Origin: Candidatus Omnitrophota bacterium
Lineage (GTDB): Bacteria > Omnitrophota > Gorgyraeia > Zapsychrales > Fredricksoniimonadaceae
DNA: 64,000 nt
Reading direction: 5' to 3'
Assembly: GCA_903860135.1 (NCBI GenBank)
Contig: CAIOPG010000017.1
Location: forward strand, 203,364 to 267,363
The position numbers and the translations under genes are program-made. Positions 35,638 through 44,779 of this stretch are shown here, piece by piece. Within the stretch, counting starts at the first letter, position 1. The number at the start of each line of letters is the position of its first letter. Below the pieces are notes generated by a model. It worked only from the letters and a program-made list of their open reading frames with translations, was not told where the DNA came from and did not search any database.

Positions 35638-37426
35638 GCTGACTGCCTCTCGGGTTAAATTGCTTTTTCATTCCCTGTTTACCTAAAATATGAAGCGCCT
35701 TATCAATCCATGGCGCACTGCCGGGATTCTGCGACTGCACCAGCGCCCGCTGCATGGCGCGTTCATTATCTTTCTTGGGCACATAAACACTTTTACCCGT
35801 CAAAGGATGCTTCCCCGTGTGATACATGCACGCCGACACCGTCATGGGCAAAGGCAAAAAATCCTGCACCTGCTCCGGGCGCATCCCGTGGGATAAAAGG
35901 GTTGTGGCACAATCAAAAGCCTCTTTAAGCCCTGCCCCGGGATGGGCGCTGACAAAATAATTTACTAAAAACTGCCGTTTGCCCAGACTGGCGTTCATTT
36001 CATTAAAAAGCCGGACAAACGCTTCATACCGCGCATACGGCGGCTTGTTCATGAGCGCAAGGACCTCGTCGGATGTATGCTCAGGGGCCACCTTCATCTG
36101 CCCGCTGACATGATCACGGCATAATACCTTAAAATAATCGAGCGCTGCCGGTTCGAGCAAAAGATCATACCGCAAACCGCTCTGCACGAACATATGTTTT
36201 ATGCCCGGCACACGCCGTATCGCCGCATACAAGGAAACGGCCGCCCGACATCCTATATCCAGCGACGGGCATTTCGACGGCATCAGGCACTGCTTGCCGC
36301 GGCAAGCCCGGCCTTTATTCCACTGGGCACAGCTGGCGCCGTACAAATTTGCTGTCGGACCGCCCACATCCTGGATCGTCCCCCGGAACGCCGGATCCCG
36401 CGCCAGGCCTTCAGCCTCGCGGACAATGGAAGCCTCGCTCCGGCTCTGCACGATCCTGCCCTGATGAAAAGTGATCCCGCAAAAATTACATTCACCCGGA
36501 CAGCCGCGCAACGCCGTGATCGACCAGCGCACCGTCTCCAAACCCTTCACGCCACCCAGGGCATCGTACGACGGATGCCAGGTGCGCGCATACGCTACGT
36601 CATAGCTAGCATCCAGTTCCTGGGATGTCAGGGGCAAGGCCGGCGGCAACTGCAAGACCCATTGATCCGCGTGCCGCTGGGCCAGGGGCTTGCCATCTTC
36701 CGGTGCCATTTCCGCATACGCCAACCGAAAAGCTTCATTAAAAATTTCAGGGTCGCGGCTAACCTCTTCAAATGCCGGCAGTTCGATCGTGCCGGCAGGA
36801 AATTCCCCCGGCTTCCCACGCACCACCGTACCACGCACATCACGGATCGACGCTATCAGTTCACCTTGCGCCAGGCGCGCCATCACCTCAACGACGGACC
36901 GCTCCGCCATGCCGTAGATGATCATGTCCGCCTTGGCATCGATCAACACCGAACGCCGCACCGCATCATCCCAATAATCGTAATGCGCCAGGCGCCGCAG
37001 GCTGGCCTCAACACCGCCGAGAATGACCGGCAAACCCTTGAACGCCGCCTTGGCACGATTGGCATACACGATCGCCGCCCGGTCCGGCCTCAAGCCGTCC
37101 TTGCCACCCGGCGCAAAATCATCCCCGTGCCGCCGCCGCTTGTTGGCCGTGTAATGCGCGACCATGGAATCCACATTGCCCGCCGTAACGCAAACACACA
37201 GGCGCGGACGCCCCAGGCGCGTAAAATCATCGATCGACCGCCAGTCCGGCTGGGCAATAATACCGACGCGATACCCCTTGCTTTCCAGGAGACGTCCGAT
37301 CAAGGCCGTGCCGTAGGAAGGATGATCCACATAGGCATCGCCGCTGATGATGATGACATCCAGCTCCCCCCACCCCCGGGCCGCCAGCTCATCAAGATAC
37401 ATGGGAAGAAACGAAGTTTTTTTCAT
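35624..37426 (-). CDS. YgiQ family radical SAM protein (UPF0313)
   Basis: N-terminal IISGDAYVDHPSYG, CxxxCxxC region CPGECNFC... typical YgiQ, 600 aa. Confidence 0.8.
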   Translation of the reverse strand: MKKTSFLPMYLDELAARGWGELDVIIISGDAYVDHPSYGTALIGRLLESKGYRVGIIAQPDWRSIDDFTRLGRPRLCVCVTAGNVDSMVAHYTANKRRRHGDDFAPGGKDGLRPDRAAIVYANRAKAAFKGLPVILGGVEASLRRLAHYDYWDDAVRRSVLIDAKADMIIYGMAERSVVEVMARLAQGELIASIRDVRGTVVRGKPGEFPAGTIELPAFEEVSRDPEIFNEAFRLAYAEMAPEDGKPLAQRHADQWVLQLPPALPLTSQELDASYDVAYARTWHPSYDALGGVKGLETVRWSITALRGCPGECNFCGITFHQGRIVQSRSEASIVREAEGLARDPAFRGTIQDVGGPTANLYGASCAQWNKGRACRGKQCLMPSKCPSLDIGCRAAVSLYAAIRRVPGIKHMFVQSGLRYDLLLEPAALDYFKVLCRDHVSGQMKVAPEHTSDEVLALMNKPPYARYEAFVRLFNEMNASLGKRQFLVNYFVSAHPGAGLKEAFDCATTLLSHGMRPEQVQDFLPLPMTVSACMYHTGKHPLTGKSVYVPKKDNERAMQRALVQSQNPGSAPWIDKALHILGKQGMKKQFNPRGSQHDHS

Positions 37427-37496
37427 AGCGCCATCAGCATTAATCCCGCCTGAACAGCGCCATTATAAGGTTGATTGCAGGTTTGTCGATGAAATA

Positions 37497-38477
37497 TTAC
37501 TTGATGCCCAATAGGGCCGCTACATCAGCCAGTGGGCGAATACTCATAATAACAGGCGTAAAGCCGGCGACATTGCCCAGGCTACCTAATTGATAAGAAT
37601 AAGCCATATCAACCTTTTTTCCGATACTCTGTATCTTCAAATTCCGGGCATTAAGATCAATACCACCCACGCGCTCTGCCTGATCTATTTGCTTGATCTG
37701 GTCAAGATTATGCCGAGCATTGTTCTCCGCCAACAGCAAGGTCAGATAATCTTCCAAAAGACGAAGATTTTTCACCTTATGCCGCTCAGCCAAGTCGCGA
37801 TAGAACATGACACTGTAATATTCCTTCAATAATTCCTTACGGTTAGGCGAATCAATAACCGCCGGAAATCCCCCTGTATCTAAGTATTCATTGAAAGCCT
37901 TCTTCACGAGTGGCCGCTCACGGCTGTACAAAATGCGCTCCACATCGACCGCTATGCCCCGGGCTGAAAGAAATTCCTTGAAACTTAACGGAAATACATT
38001 AACGCTCAACGTCCTCCCTCTCAGTTCTGTGGCGATCTCACGGCTCAAAAGCTTCGACGATGAACCCGTGATGATCAACTTGATATTGGGATGTTGATCC
38101 GTGATCCGTCGCGCCCATTTCGACCAGTTAGCCGCATTTTGGATCTCATCCACAAAGAGATAGACCCTTTGGGTCATATCAACATCCAGCATTTCCCGGC
38201 AAATATCCCACAACAAGGACAATTCATCTCCTCGAACAGGCGAAAGCCGTTCATCCTCAAGGTTAATATAAATAACATTACCAACGGGCACCTTCTGCTT
38301 CGCCCACCGCGCCATCTGGTAACATAAATATGTTTTCCCGGTCCTGCGGGCACCGATGATCGAAAGGATCTCTTTGCCATCCAGAAATCGATTATCAAAA
38401 TCGCGGGCATACCCTTGCGGAATATCGAATTCCTTCCACTCCTGAAGGATGCGTTTAATTTTATCTCGTGTGATCAT
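37497..38477 (-). CDS. AAA-family ATPase with DUF4143 (AAA_14/DUF4143 family)
   Basis: Walker A GARRTGKT, Walker B LFVDEIQ, C-terminal DUF4143-like region. Confidence 0.65.
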   Translation of the reverse strand: MITRDKIKRILQEWKEFDIPQGYARDFDNRFLDGKEILSIIGARRTGKTYLCYQMARWAKQKVPVGNVIYINLEDERLSPVRGDELSLLWDICREMLDVDMTQRVYLFVDEIQNAANWSKWARRITDQHPNIKLIITGSSSKLLSREIATELRGRTLSVNVFPLSFKEFLSARGIAVDVERILYSRERPLVKKAFNEYLDTGGFPAVIDSPNRKELLKEYYSVMFYRDLAERHKVKNLRLLEDYLTLLLAENNARHNLDQIKQIDQAERVGGIDLNARNLKIQSIGKKVDMAYSYQLGSLGNVAGFTPVIMSIRPLADVAALLGIK

Positions 38478-38576
38478 ATGTCCTCCTTACTGGACATAAG
38501 CATACCATATTAGTCCTATATATAGGACACGTTAATATATTCTTGTGGCATAGGTAAAGAATTCGAGATACACCGA

Positions 38577-38593
38577 ACGGGTTTAAAACCCGT
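38577..38593. promoter_or_regulatory. 17-bp perfect palindrome acgggttt-a-aaacccgt between the two DUF4143 ATPase genes
   Basis: Seen directly; candidate operator or hairpin. Confidence 0.3.
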
Positions 38594-38675
38594 CCCTACA
38601 TGGCATACTCTTACCAGAACCCTGTGGCCATAATTGACCTTTTCCCCTATTATTCTTCTGGTAGAAACCAATGCT

Positions 38676-39848
38676 TCAAACCAATCCACCCAGAAACTTA
38701 GCGACGGAGATAATGCGAATATCTTCCTTTAAGACATCAATATTTTGATCCTGAACAACCAGGAACAGGAACGGCACCTTCAATTTGCGCCCAAAATATG
38801 ATAAGGATGAAGATACCCCTTTAAAAGAAGATTTTACTTCAACGCAAAACCATGGCTTATGATCAACACAAACCATGAAATCAACCTCTCTCTGTTCTTT
38901 ATCCCGCACATAGTAAAGCTCCGCTTTATATCCGTCCCGATCAGACAAAAAGTGGCAAAACTTTAAGAGATGCGACGCCACAATATTTTCAAGCCTGGCA
39001 CCGGGATCCTGTACTTCTGACCAGTCCCATAAATATAATTTCGGCTCTTTCCTTAATGACTTAATAGCCGTGCTCTGCCAGGGATATATCCGAAAATGAT
39101 AATAAAACTTCTCAAGAATATCGACCCACAATGAAACCGTCTTGTGCGTTACCTGCAGATCCTCCCTTAGCGCATTCATGGAAAAAAGTGACCCTACTTT
39201 ATCGGGAAGAAGCTGAACAAGAACCTGCAACGCAGAAAGATCACGAACAATTTCAACATCCCGAATATCTTCCTTGATCAGACGATCCGCCCTTTCCTGA
39301 TGCCAACGTCTCAAACTACGTTCAGTCTGCCTGGCGACCTGTTCCGGAAACCCTCCGAATTTTAATAATGTCTCAAATGCTTGTGGCTGTGCTGAAGGAA
39401 AATCAAGACTTCCCCCAATCCGAAATTCCTGGGACTTTATTCCAGCAAGCTCGGCTGTCGAGAAAGGATTCAACCTATAGGAACGATACCGCCCCAGAAG
39501 AGAATCCCCTCCTTTACGATAGACATCGAGTCGAGCACTGCCTGTCACAAGAACATGAAACTTGTCCTTATGCTTGTCATACTCACCTTTAAGCAACGTT
39601 TTCCACTTCTTGTACTTATGGATCTCATCAAGAATAAACAGCCTAGTGTCAGCCTGCCACAATCCTTTTAAAATCTGTTTTCTATCTACGCCGTAATCCC
39701 AGTTCAAATACGCTGACGCTCCCGCGAAAGCATCACCGGCAACATTCTTGGCCAGCGTAGTCTTACCAACCTGACGAGGCCCGCTGATAAAGACCATCTT
39801 CTCGTTTAAGTCTTCAAGAATATACTTCTCAAGATATCGCTTGATCAT
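38676..39848 (-). CDS. AAA-family ATPase with DUF4143 (second paralog)
   Basis: Walker A GPRQVGKTT, Walker B ILDEIH, 390 aa. Confidence 0.65.
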   Translation of the reverse strand: MIKRYLEKYILEDLNEKMVFISGPRQVGKTTLAKNVAGDAFAGASAYLNWDYGVDRKQILKGLWQADTRLFILDEIHKYKKWKTLLKGEYDKHKDKFHVLVTGSARLDVYRKGGDSLLGRYRSYRLNPFSTAELAGIKSQEFRIGGSLDFPSAQPQAFETLLKFGGFPEQVARQTERSLRRWHQERADRLIKEDIRDVEIVRDLSALQVLVQLLPDKVGSLFSMNALREDLQVTHKTVSLWVDILEKFYYHFRIYPWQSTAIKSLRKEPKLYLWDWSEVQDPGARLENIVASHLLKFCHFLSDRDGYKAELYYVRDKEQREVDFMVCVDHKPWFCVEVKSSFKGVSSSLSYFGRKLKVPFLFLVVQDQNIDVLKEDIRIISVAKFLGGLV

Positions 39849-40043
39849 TCCAGCCCCCGATTGATGCTCCTACATTTTCTACCATAGTAGAATAAAGTAT
39901 ACAACATTTTCTAATCTGGTCAAGTAAGCTGGGGATGTTCTCAATCACATACCCCCTATGATCACGCCTCTTTCTTCGGTCGCTCGCCATAGTATTGGTA
40001 ATAATTGACTTCGATGTCGCTATAAGCCAAAGAAGGGGGCATC

Positions 40044-40916
40044 CTAAGGTTCCTTCCTGACAGCCGGCGTGAATGCCTCGCGGCTGAGATCGTTTAATTC
40101 AATTCCGGCCGCGCTGACAGCCAAAGCATCATGCCCCGGCCAGGGCACAACGACCAGCTTGATCGTCGGGGTACCGCTGTTGCCATAATAAAGCTTGAAT
40201 GTTGAACGCGGCTGGAACACAGGATTCCCCAGGACCTGCTTCAACCCCGGAAAGATGAAATTCTTCACATAATTGATCCAGCCGGCCTTGTTGATGGCCG
40301 CCACCGCCGCCTCATTCACCAGAAGCTCCTCGCCCGACCAGCCTTGGTTGAACTCATCATGGCCCTGCACCACAACCCGAATCTTCACATGAACAGGAAC
40401 AGGCGCATGCGCCTCAAAGCGTTCGATCAACTGACCTGTCAAATGCGCCACCCCGAACCACGCCTGCTGGGCATCATCAAAACTTCCGGCGAGCCTGAAA
40501 GCCTCGAGACTTTCTTTCGCCGGGAACCATATCTGCCACGCCCGCTGGATATCATCCCATATTCCCTTAAGCGACGGATCCGCCTGCAGGGCCCGGCGCA
40601 TGATATTGCTGATCTCCACCCGCAGGTCATAGGGGATCTCCCGGATGAACCGCGCCGCCAGCGGTGATGCCGGATTCCCGGGCTCCTGATGCCCCACATG
40701 TAGGATAGCTCCGTCCTGACGGATGACCGTGCCATTGGAACTGCCGGTCACCTGCAACGGGATCACCAGCCCCCGCTTGACCTGCACACGCAACGGCGTC
40801 ACCCCGTACTCGATGGCCGACGGCAGGCTCAATTCTATCTCATGATCAACAAGCTCCCGCGGGAACTTCCTGTCATCCAGAAAACCTGATTCTCTTAATC
40901 TGTCATGGGGGATCAT
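40044..40916 (-). CDS. hypothetical protein (290 aa), no recognisable motif
   Basis: ORF downstream of XRE gene. Confidence 0.35.
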   Translation of the reverse strand: MIPHDRLRESGFLDDRKFPRELVDHEIELSLPSAIEYGVTPLRVQVKRGLVIPLQVTGSSNGTVIRQDGAILHVGHQEPGNPASPLAARFIREIPYDLRVEISNIMRRALQADPSLKGIWDDIQRAWQIWFPAKESLEAFRLAGSFDDAQQAWFGVAHLTGQLIERFEAHAPVPVHVKIRVVVQGHDEFNQGWSGEELLVNEAAVAAINKAGWINYVKNFIFPGLKQVLGNPVFQPRSTFKLYYGNSGTPTIKLVVVPWPGHDALAVSAAGIELNDLSREAFTPAVRKEP

Positions 40917-40996
40917 AAGACCTTCAGTTGATTAGTATGCCCAACCAGCCCAACGAATAACATTCTTCAATGAGTCAACGGGAGCAACGCTTCTTG

Positions 40997-41299
40997 TTAA
41001 ATCACTCCGATCAAACCTTTTTCCTCAATAATGTGCAACAATTTTAAAGCAGTCCCCGACGGTTTCTTGATGCCCTGCTCCCACCCCTGGACTGTTTGCA
41101 CGCTCGTATTGATAAATCTGGCAAAGGCCGCCTGACTTAATTTTAATTTTCTCCGTAATCTAACGATCGCTTTAGGTTCATAGGGCTTCACGTCAAGCGC
41201 AAAAGCTTTGACTTCACGGAGAGTTATTTCCGTAATAGAACCATTTTTATAAAGGTCTTCCATTGATTCCAGAACCATGTTTTTAATGTTGTTTTCCAT
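40997..41299 (-). CDS. XRE-family HTH antitoxin-like protein (COG2944/HigA-MqsA-like)
   Basis: LKLSQAAFARFINTSVQTVQGWEQG HTH; preceded by a 32-codon ORF (MYYLKNKYFYRWVKKQGITDDALFEV...) resembling the N-terminus of a RelE-like toxin. Confidence 0.55.
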   Translation of the reverse strand: MENNIKNMVLESMEDLYKNGSITEITLREVKAFALDVKPYEPKAIVRLRRKLKLSQAAFARFINTSVQTVQGWEQGIKKPSGTALKLLHIIEEKGLIGVI

Positions 41300-41480
41300 T
41301 TAACCATCATCCTTTTTTGAAACTTCAAAAAGTGCATCGTCCGTAATTCCCTGCTTTTTGACCCAACGATAGAAATATTTATTTTTTAAATAATACATTT
41401 GGACTCCCTACTACTGACCAACACCCACATAAAGTATACCGCTCAGTAGCATACCTATCAAGTAGAAACTCCCGAGGGAT

Positions 41481-41512
41481 TGGGAATGATACCATTGATC
41501 ATTCCCCCCCCC
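41481..41512. repeat. 9-bp inverted repeat (gggaatgat..atcattccc) fused to a 10-nt poly-C homopolymer
   Basis: Seen directly in intergenic region between the YhcG-like gene (41568-42653) and the XRE gene. Confidence 0.7.
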
Positions 41513-41567
41513 CTGAGCGACGAGGATATCCAACACGGCCTGTTCAACTTCGAACGCGGTGATTAAT

Positions 41568-42653
41568 TTACTTATTGTGTAATATTAACTGGTTATGTAG
41601 CTGTTTCTCTGACGGTAACGCTAATTTATATTTAGATGCAAAAATCTTGTTATTCATTCCGCCTAAAACATATTTGGCAAAAACTTCGCTCTTTTTCGTG
41701 CAAAGAATAAGACCTATCGGATCATTTTCATCCGGACCTTTCTCGTGCTCCTTGAAATAATTCAGGTAAAGATTCATCTGCCCGGCATCCGCGTGATCAA
41801 GCTCACCGGACTTGAGGTCCACCAATACAAAACATTTCAAAAGGCGATTATAAAAAACAAGATCAACCCGATAGTGCCTGTTGGCAACCGTAATCCTTCT
41901 TTGACGTGCTACAAAAGAAAAGCCTTTGCCCAATTCCAACAGGAAATATTGTAGCTTGTCAATCAGGGCTTGTTCCAGTTGAGTTTCCGAATAAGCGGCG
42001 TCCTCGCGTAAATTCAAAAACTCCAAAATATACGGATCCTTGATCGCGTCTTCCGGCTTCTCGATGATATGACCCTGCTTGGCCAGTTGAAGAACCTTCT
42101 TCTTGTCCTTACTGAGCGACAACCTCTCAAACAGCGATGCGTTCATTTGTCTCTTAAGCTCGCGGACAGACCATCTGTTCTCGACAGATTCTTTCTCGTA
42201 GAATGCCCGCGCCAGATCACCGTCCTCTTTTAAAAGCTCACAATAATGCGACCAACCCAATAACGGACGAAATTGGTCAGACGACGTCTGACCAATCATC
42301 TTGAGAGCGCTCGCCTTGGATCCCGGCACTGATTCGTCAGACACTGTCTGACGAATTGGGAACACCTGATAAAATAATCGCATCATTTTCAAATTCGTTG
42401 TAGAGAAACCTTTTCCAAACCTCTGTCTCATATCTTCAGACAAGCGATCAATCAACGCATCGCCGTATTCGGCACGCGACCGGCCTTTTTGCTCATATTC
42501 AACAATCGATTGACCAATACGCCAATAAGCTGACACCTGCGTTGTGTCAATCACCTGCACAACCTGACGCCGTGCATTAATAATAATTTCGCCGATCACG
42601 TCCAATAAGGATCCGTATCCGGCAGCAACAGGTTTGATTGATTTCTTCGTCAT
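41568..42653 (-). CDS. YhcG/DUF1016 family PDDEXK-type nuclease-like protein
   Basis: Length 361 aa, C-terminal D...(V/L)DLK..E(L) PD-(D/E)xK-like core (VLVDLKSGE), N-terminal helical domain typical of DUF1016. Confidence 0.55.
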   Translation of the reverse strand: MTKKSIKPVAAGYGSLLDVIGEIIINARRQVVQVIDTTQVSAYWRIGQSIVEYEQKGRSRAEYGDALIDRLSEDMRQRFGKGFSTTNLKMMRLFYQVFPIRQTVSDESVPGSKASALKMIGQTSSDQFRPLLGWSHYCELLKEDGDLARAFYEKESVENRWSVRELKRQMNASLFERLSLSKDKKKVLQLAKQGHIIEKPEDAIKDPYILEFLNLREDAAYSETQLEQALIDKLQYFLLELGKGFSFVARQRRITVANRHYRVDLVFYNRLLKCFVLVDLKSGELDHADAGQMNLYLNYFKEHEKGPDENDPIGLILCTKKSEVFAKYVLGGMNNKIFASKYKLALPSEKQLHNQLILHNK

Positions 42654-42719
42654 TGAACAAACTCCCTTGAAATGCCCGTTATACCTACCTGGTAAACATT
42701 TACACTTATTCTCTAAAGT

Positions 42720-43523
42720 CTACCCCAGATTCTCCGCGCTATAGCGCGCAATAAGGCCGGTGCGGACGGCGTGGCGGTAGGTGGCGGTGAAGAATTTGCA
42801 GGCAAGGATGACATAAAGGGCGGCCAGCGTGATACTCGCCAGGAGCGGCGCTAACGGGACACTGCCCCCTGAGGCCATGACGCGCATTGACTCAAAGACA
42901 TACGACGGCGGCACGGCGTGGGCGATGATCTGCATCCAGGGGGGTAAGGTGGAGAGCGGATAAAAGACACCGGCAAACGGGGCGATCAGGGCGGGTAAAG
43001 GCCATATCAGCCATTCGGCGGCAGGGCCAAAACGCAGGACAACCGCACAACCCAGAACGCCCATGGCGATCCCAAATAAAAAGAGAACGAAAATAAACGG
43101 CACCAGCATCAGGCCATAAACAGCAAAGGACAGGCCAAAAAACCCTGTTGCCAGAATAAGCATCATGATCACCCCGACACAGCTGGTCGCTATGCTCGAC
43201 AGCACAAGCCCGATGATATACTCCGATATCAGTAAAGGCGACGCAAAAATATTAAGAAAGTTGCGCGACCAGACATCTTCAAAGAACACCATGGTCACCC
43301 CCTGCATGATGCGCAGGAAGAAATCCCACAACAAAACAGCCCCCAGGATCACCGGGATAAAATCAAGCCCAGCAGGAACGACCGAATTAAGATACCGGCT
43401 CATGAACCCCCATAAAACAATATCAATGACCACCCAGATAAATAACGGCACCATTCGGGTAAAACTCCCGCGGATGAGGTAAAACTGGCGCAATAAGATC
43501 GCGTAAATACGATGGATTGACAT
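42720..43523 (-). CDS. ABC-2 type transporter permease (longest ORF to 43799 is an artefact overlapping the ATPase gene)
   Basis: 6 TM helices; start MSIHRIYAILLRQFYLIRGS just downstream of ATPase stop. Confidence 0.7.
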   Translation of the reverse strand: MSIHRIYAILLRQFYLIRGSFTRMVPLFIWVVIDIVLWGFMSRYLNSVVPAGLDFIPVILGAVLLWDFFLRIMQGVTMVFFEDVWSRNFLNIFASPLLISEYIIGLVLSSIATSCVGVIMMLILATGFFGLSFAVYGLMLVPFIFVLFLFGIAMGVLGCAVVLRFGPAAEWLIWPLPALIAPFAGVFYPLSTLPPWMQIIAHAVPPSYVFESMRVMASGGSVPLAPLLASITLAALYVILACKFFTATYRHAVRTGLIARYSAENLG

Positions 43524-43527
43524 AGGG

Positions 43528-44274
43528 TTATCCGTCAGACAATGTGAGGGGTTCACGCGCCACTGTAATAAAAAGATCCTCGAGCGATGCCTTGCCATGC
43601 TGGGCCGGAAGAGTTTTGGGATCACCCTGAAGCAGGATTTTGCCGTGGGAAAGGAATAAGACCCGGTCGCACACCACCTCAACTTCGTGCATATTGTGAG
43701 ATGTCCACAGAACCCCGCCGGTCCCCCCGACCGTGAAGCCCCTGATCTTCTGGCGGATATCACGCGCTGTCGACGGATCAAGAGACGCTGTCGGCTCATC
43801 GAGCAATAAGAGTTTAGGCTGATTCAGCATGGCCTTGGCCAGGCACAAGCGCGTCTGCTCACCCGAAGAAAGCGCCCCGCACTTGACACGACGGAATGCT
43901 TCAAGCCCGAACTGCGCCATCAATGCCTCAATGCGCGCCGTGATATCTTTAACACCATAAAGCAAACCAAAAAAATGCAGATTCTCGGTTACAGTAAGAT
44001 TCCCCGGTAAGGGCGCATAGACAGCCGCAAAGTTGGTGCGTGTCAAAGCCGGCGAACGGTGTTTCTGAATATCAAGGCCGTCAATACTCACGGTCCCCGC
44101 TGAAGGCTCAAGCACCCCCAGGATCATATTGATCGTCGTGGTCTTCCCCGCCCCGTTAGGCCCTAAAAGCCCCACGATCTCGCCGGGCGCCACATCAAAG
44201 GACACGCCCGCCACCGCAGCCTTATCGCCGTAATTCTTGCATAGATTGGAAATAGAAAGGATATGTTCTGGCAT
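43528..44274 (-). CDS. ABC transporter ATP-binding protein
   Basis: GPNGAGKTT, LSSGEQ, LLLDEPT. Confidence 0.85.
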   Translation of the reverse strand: MPEHILSISNLCKNYGDKAAVAGVSFDVAPGEIVGLLGPNGAGKTTTINMILGVLEPSAGTVSIDGLDIQKHRSPALTRTNFAAVYAPLPGNLTVTENLHFFGLLYGVKDITARIEALMAQFGLEAFRRVKCGALSSGEQTRLCLAKAMLNQPKLLLLDEPTASLDPSTARDIRQKIRGFTVGGTGGVLWTSHNMHEVEVVCDRVLFLSHGKILLQGDPKTLPAQHGKASLEDLFITVAREPLTLSDG

Positions 44275-44308
44275 AGGGAAGGATTATAACAGATAACCCA
44301 TTCAAATC

Positions 44309-44716
44309 TCATTTCCTGGCTTCTTTTTCTATCAACGAGAACGAAACAAAGCACCCTTCGATTTCCTTCAACGGTAACACGGTTTCTTGGGTGCCGCGTT
44401 TGACGGTCACAAACACCTCTCCCGGGATCTCTTTCCGGTTAATGATCGACACGTCCTCGTAAACGTCCGTCACAAAATCTGCAAGTCGCTTGGAACGGTT
44501 GCCCGGCTCCATGAAAATAACCTGCTCCCCAACCATTGGTTTACGGAATTTATAATCCAGCTTATACACGATCCCCCGGTCAACACGCCCATCGGCATAC
44601 ATGACCTTACTGGACTCCGCAACAAAGTGACGTGTCAATAACAGCACCACATACAACAAGAAAAGAACGCTCCCGATCCTGGGTACGAGCTTTGACCCGG
44701 CATTATTCCTGGGCAC
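44309..44716 (-). CDS. hypothetical membrane-anchored protein (135 aa)
   Basis: Single N-terminal TM helix. Confidence 0.35.
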   Translation of the reverse strand: MPRNNAGSKLVPRIGSVLFLLYVVLLLTRHFVAESSKVMYADGRVDRGIVYKLDYKFRKPMVGEQVIFMEPGNRSKRLADFVTDVYEDVSIINRKEIPGEVFVTVKRGTQETVLPLKEIEGCFVSFSLIEKEARK

Positions 44717-44779
44717 ATCTTGTGCCTCCGACGGCTACATGTCATTCATCATGGCAATAATTCTCCGTTCTTCATCACC

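Noticed and set aside
36194-37453. 419-aa plus-strand ORF antisense to ygiQ
   Set aside because: Arg/Pro/His-rich low-complexity translation typical of the antisense frame of a GC-rich gene. It fully overlaps a well-supported radical SAM gene.
38577-38593. Palindrome considered as intrinsic terminator of the upstream DUF4143 gene
   Set aside because: No U-tract follows on the minus strand. Kept only as a possible operator.
43524-43799. 92-aa N-terminal extension of the ABC-2 permease overlapping the ATPase gene
   Set aside because: Arg-rich out-of-context sequence. The genuine hydrophobic start MSIHRIY lies just after the ATPase stop.
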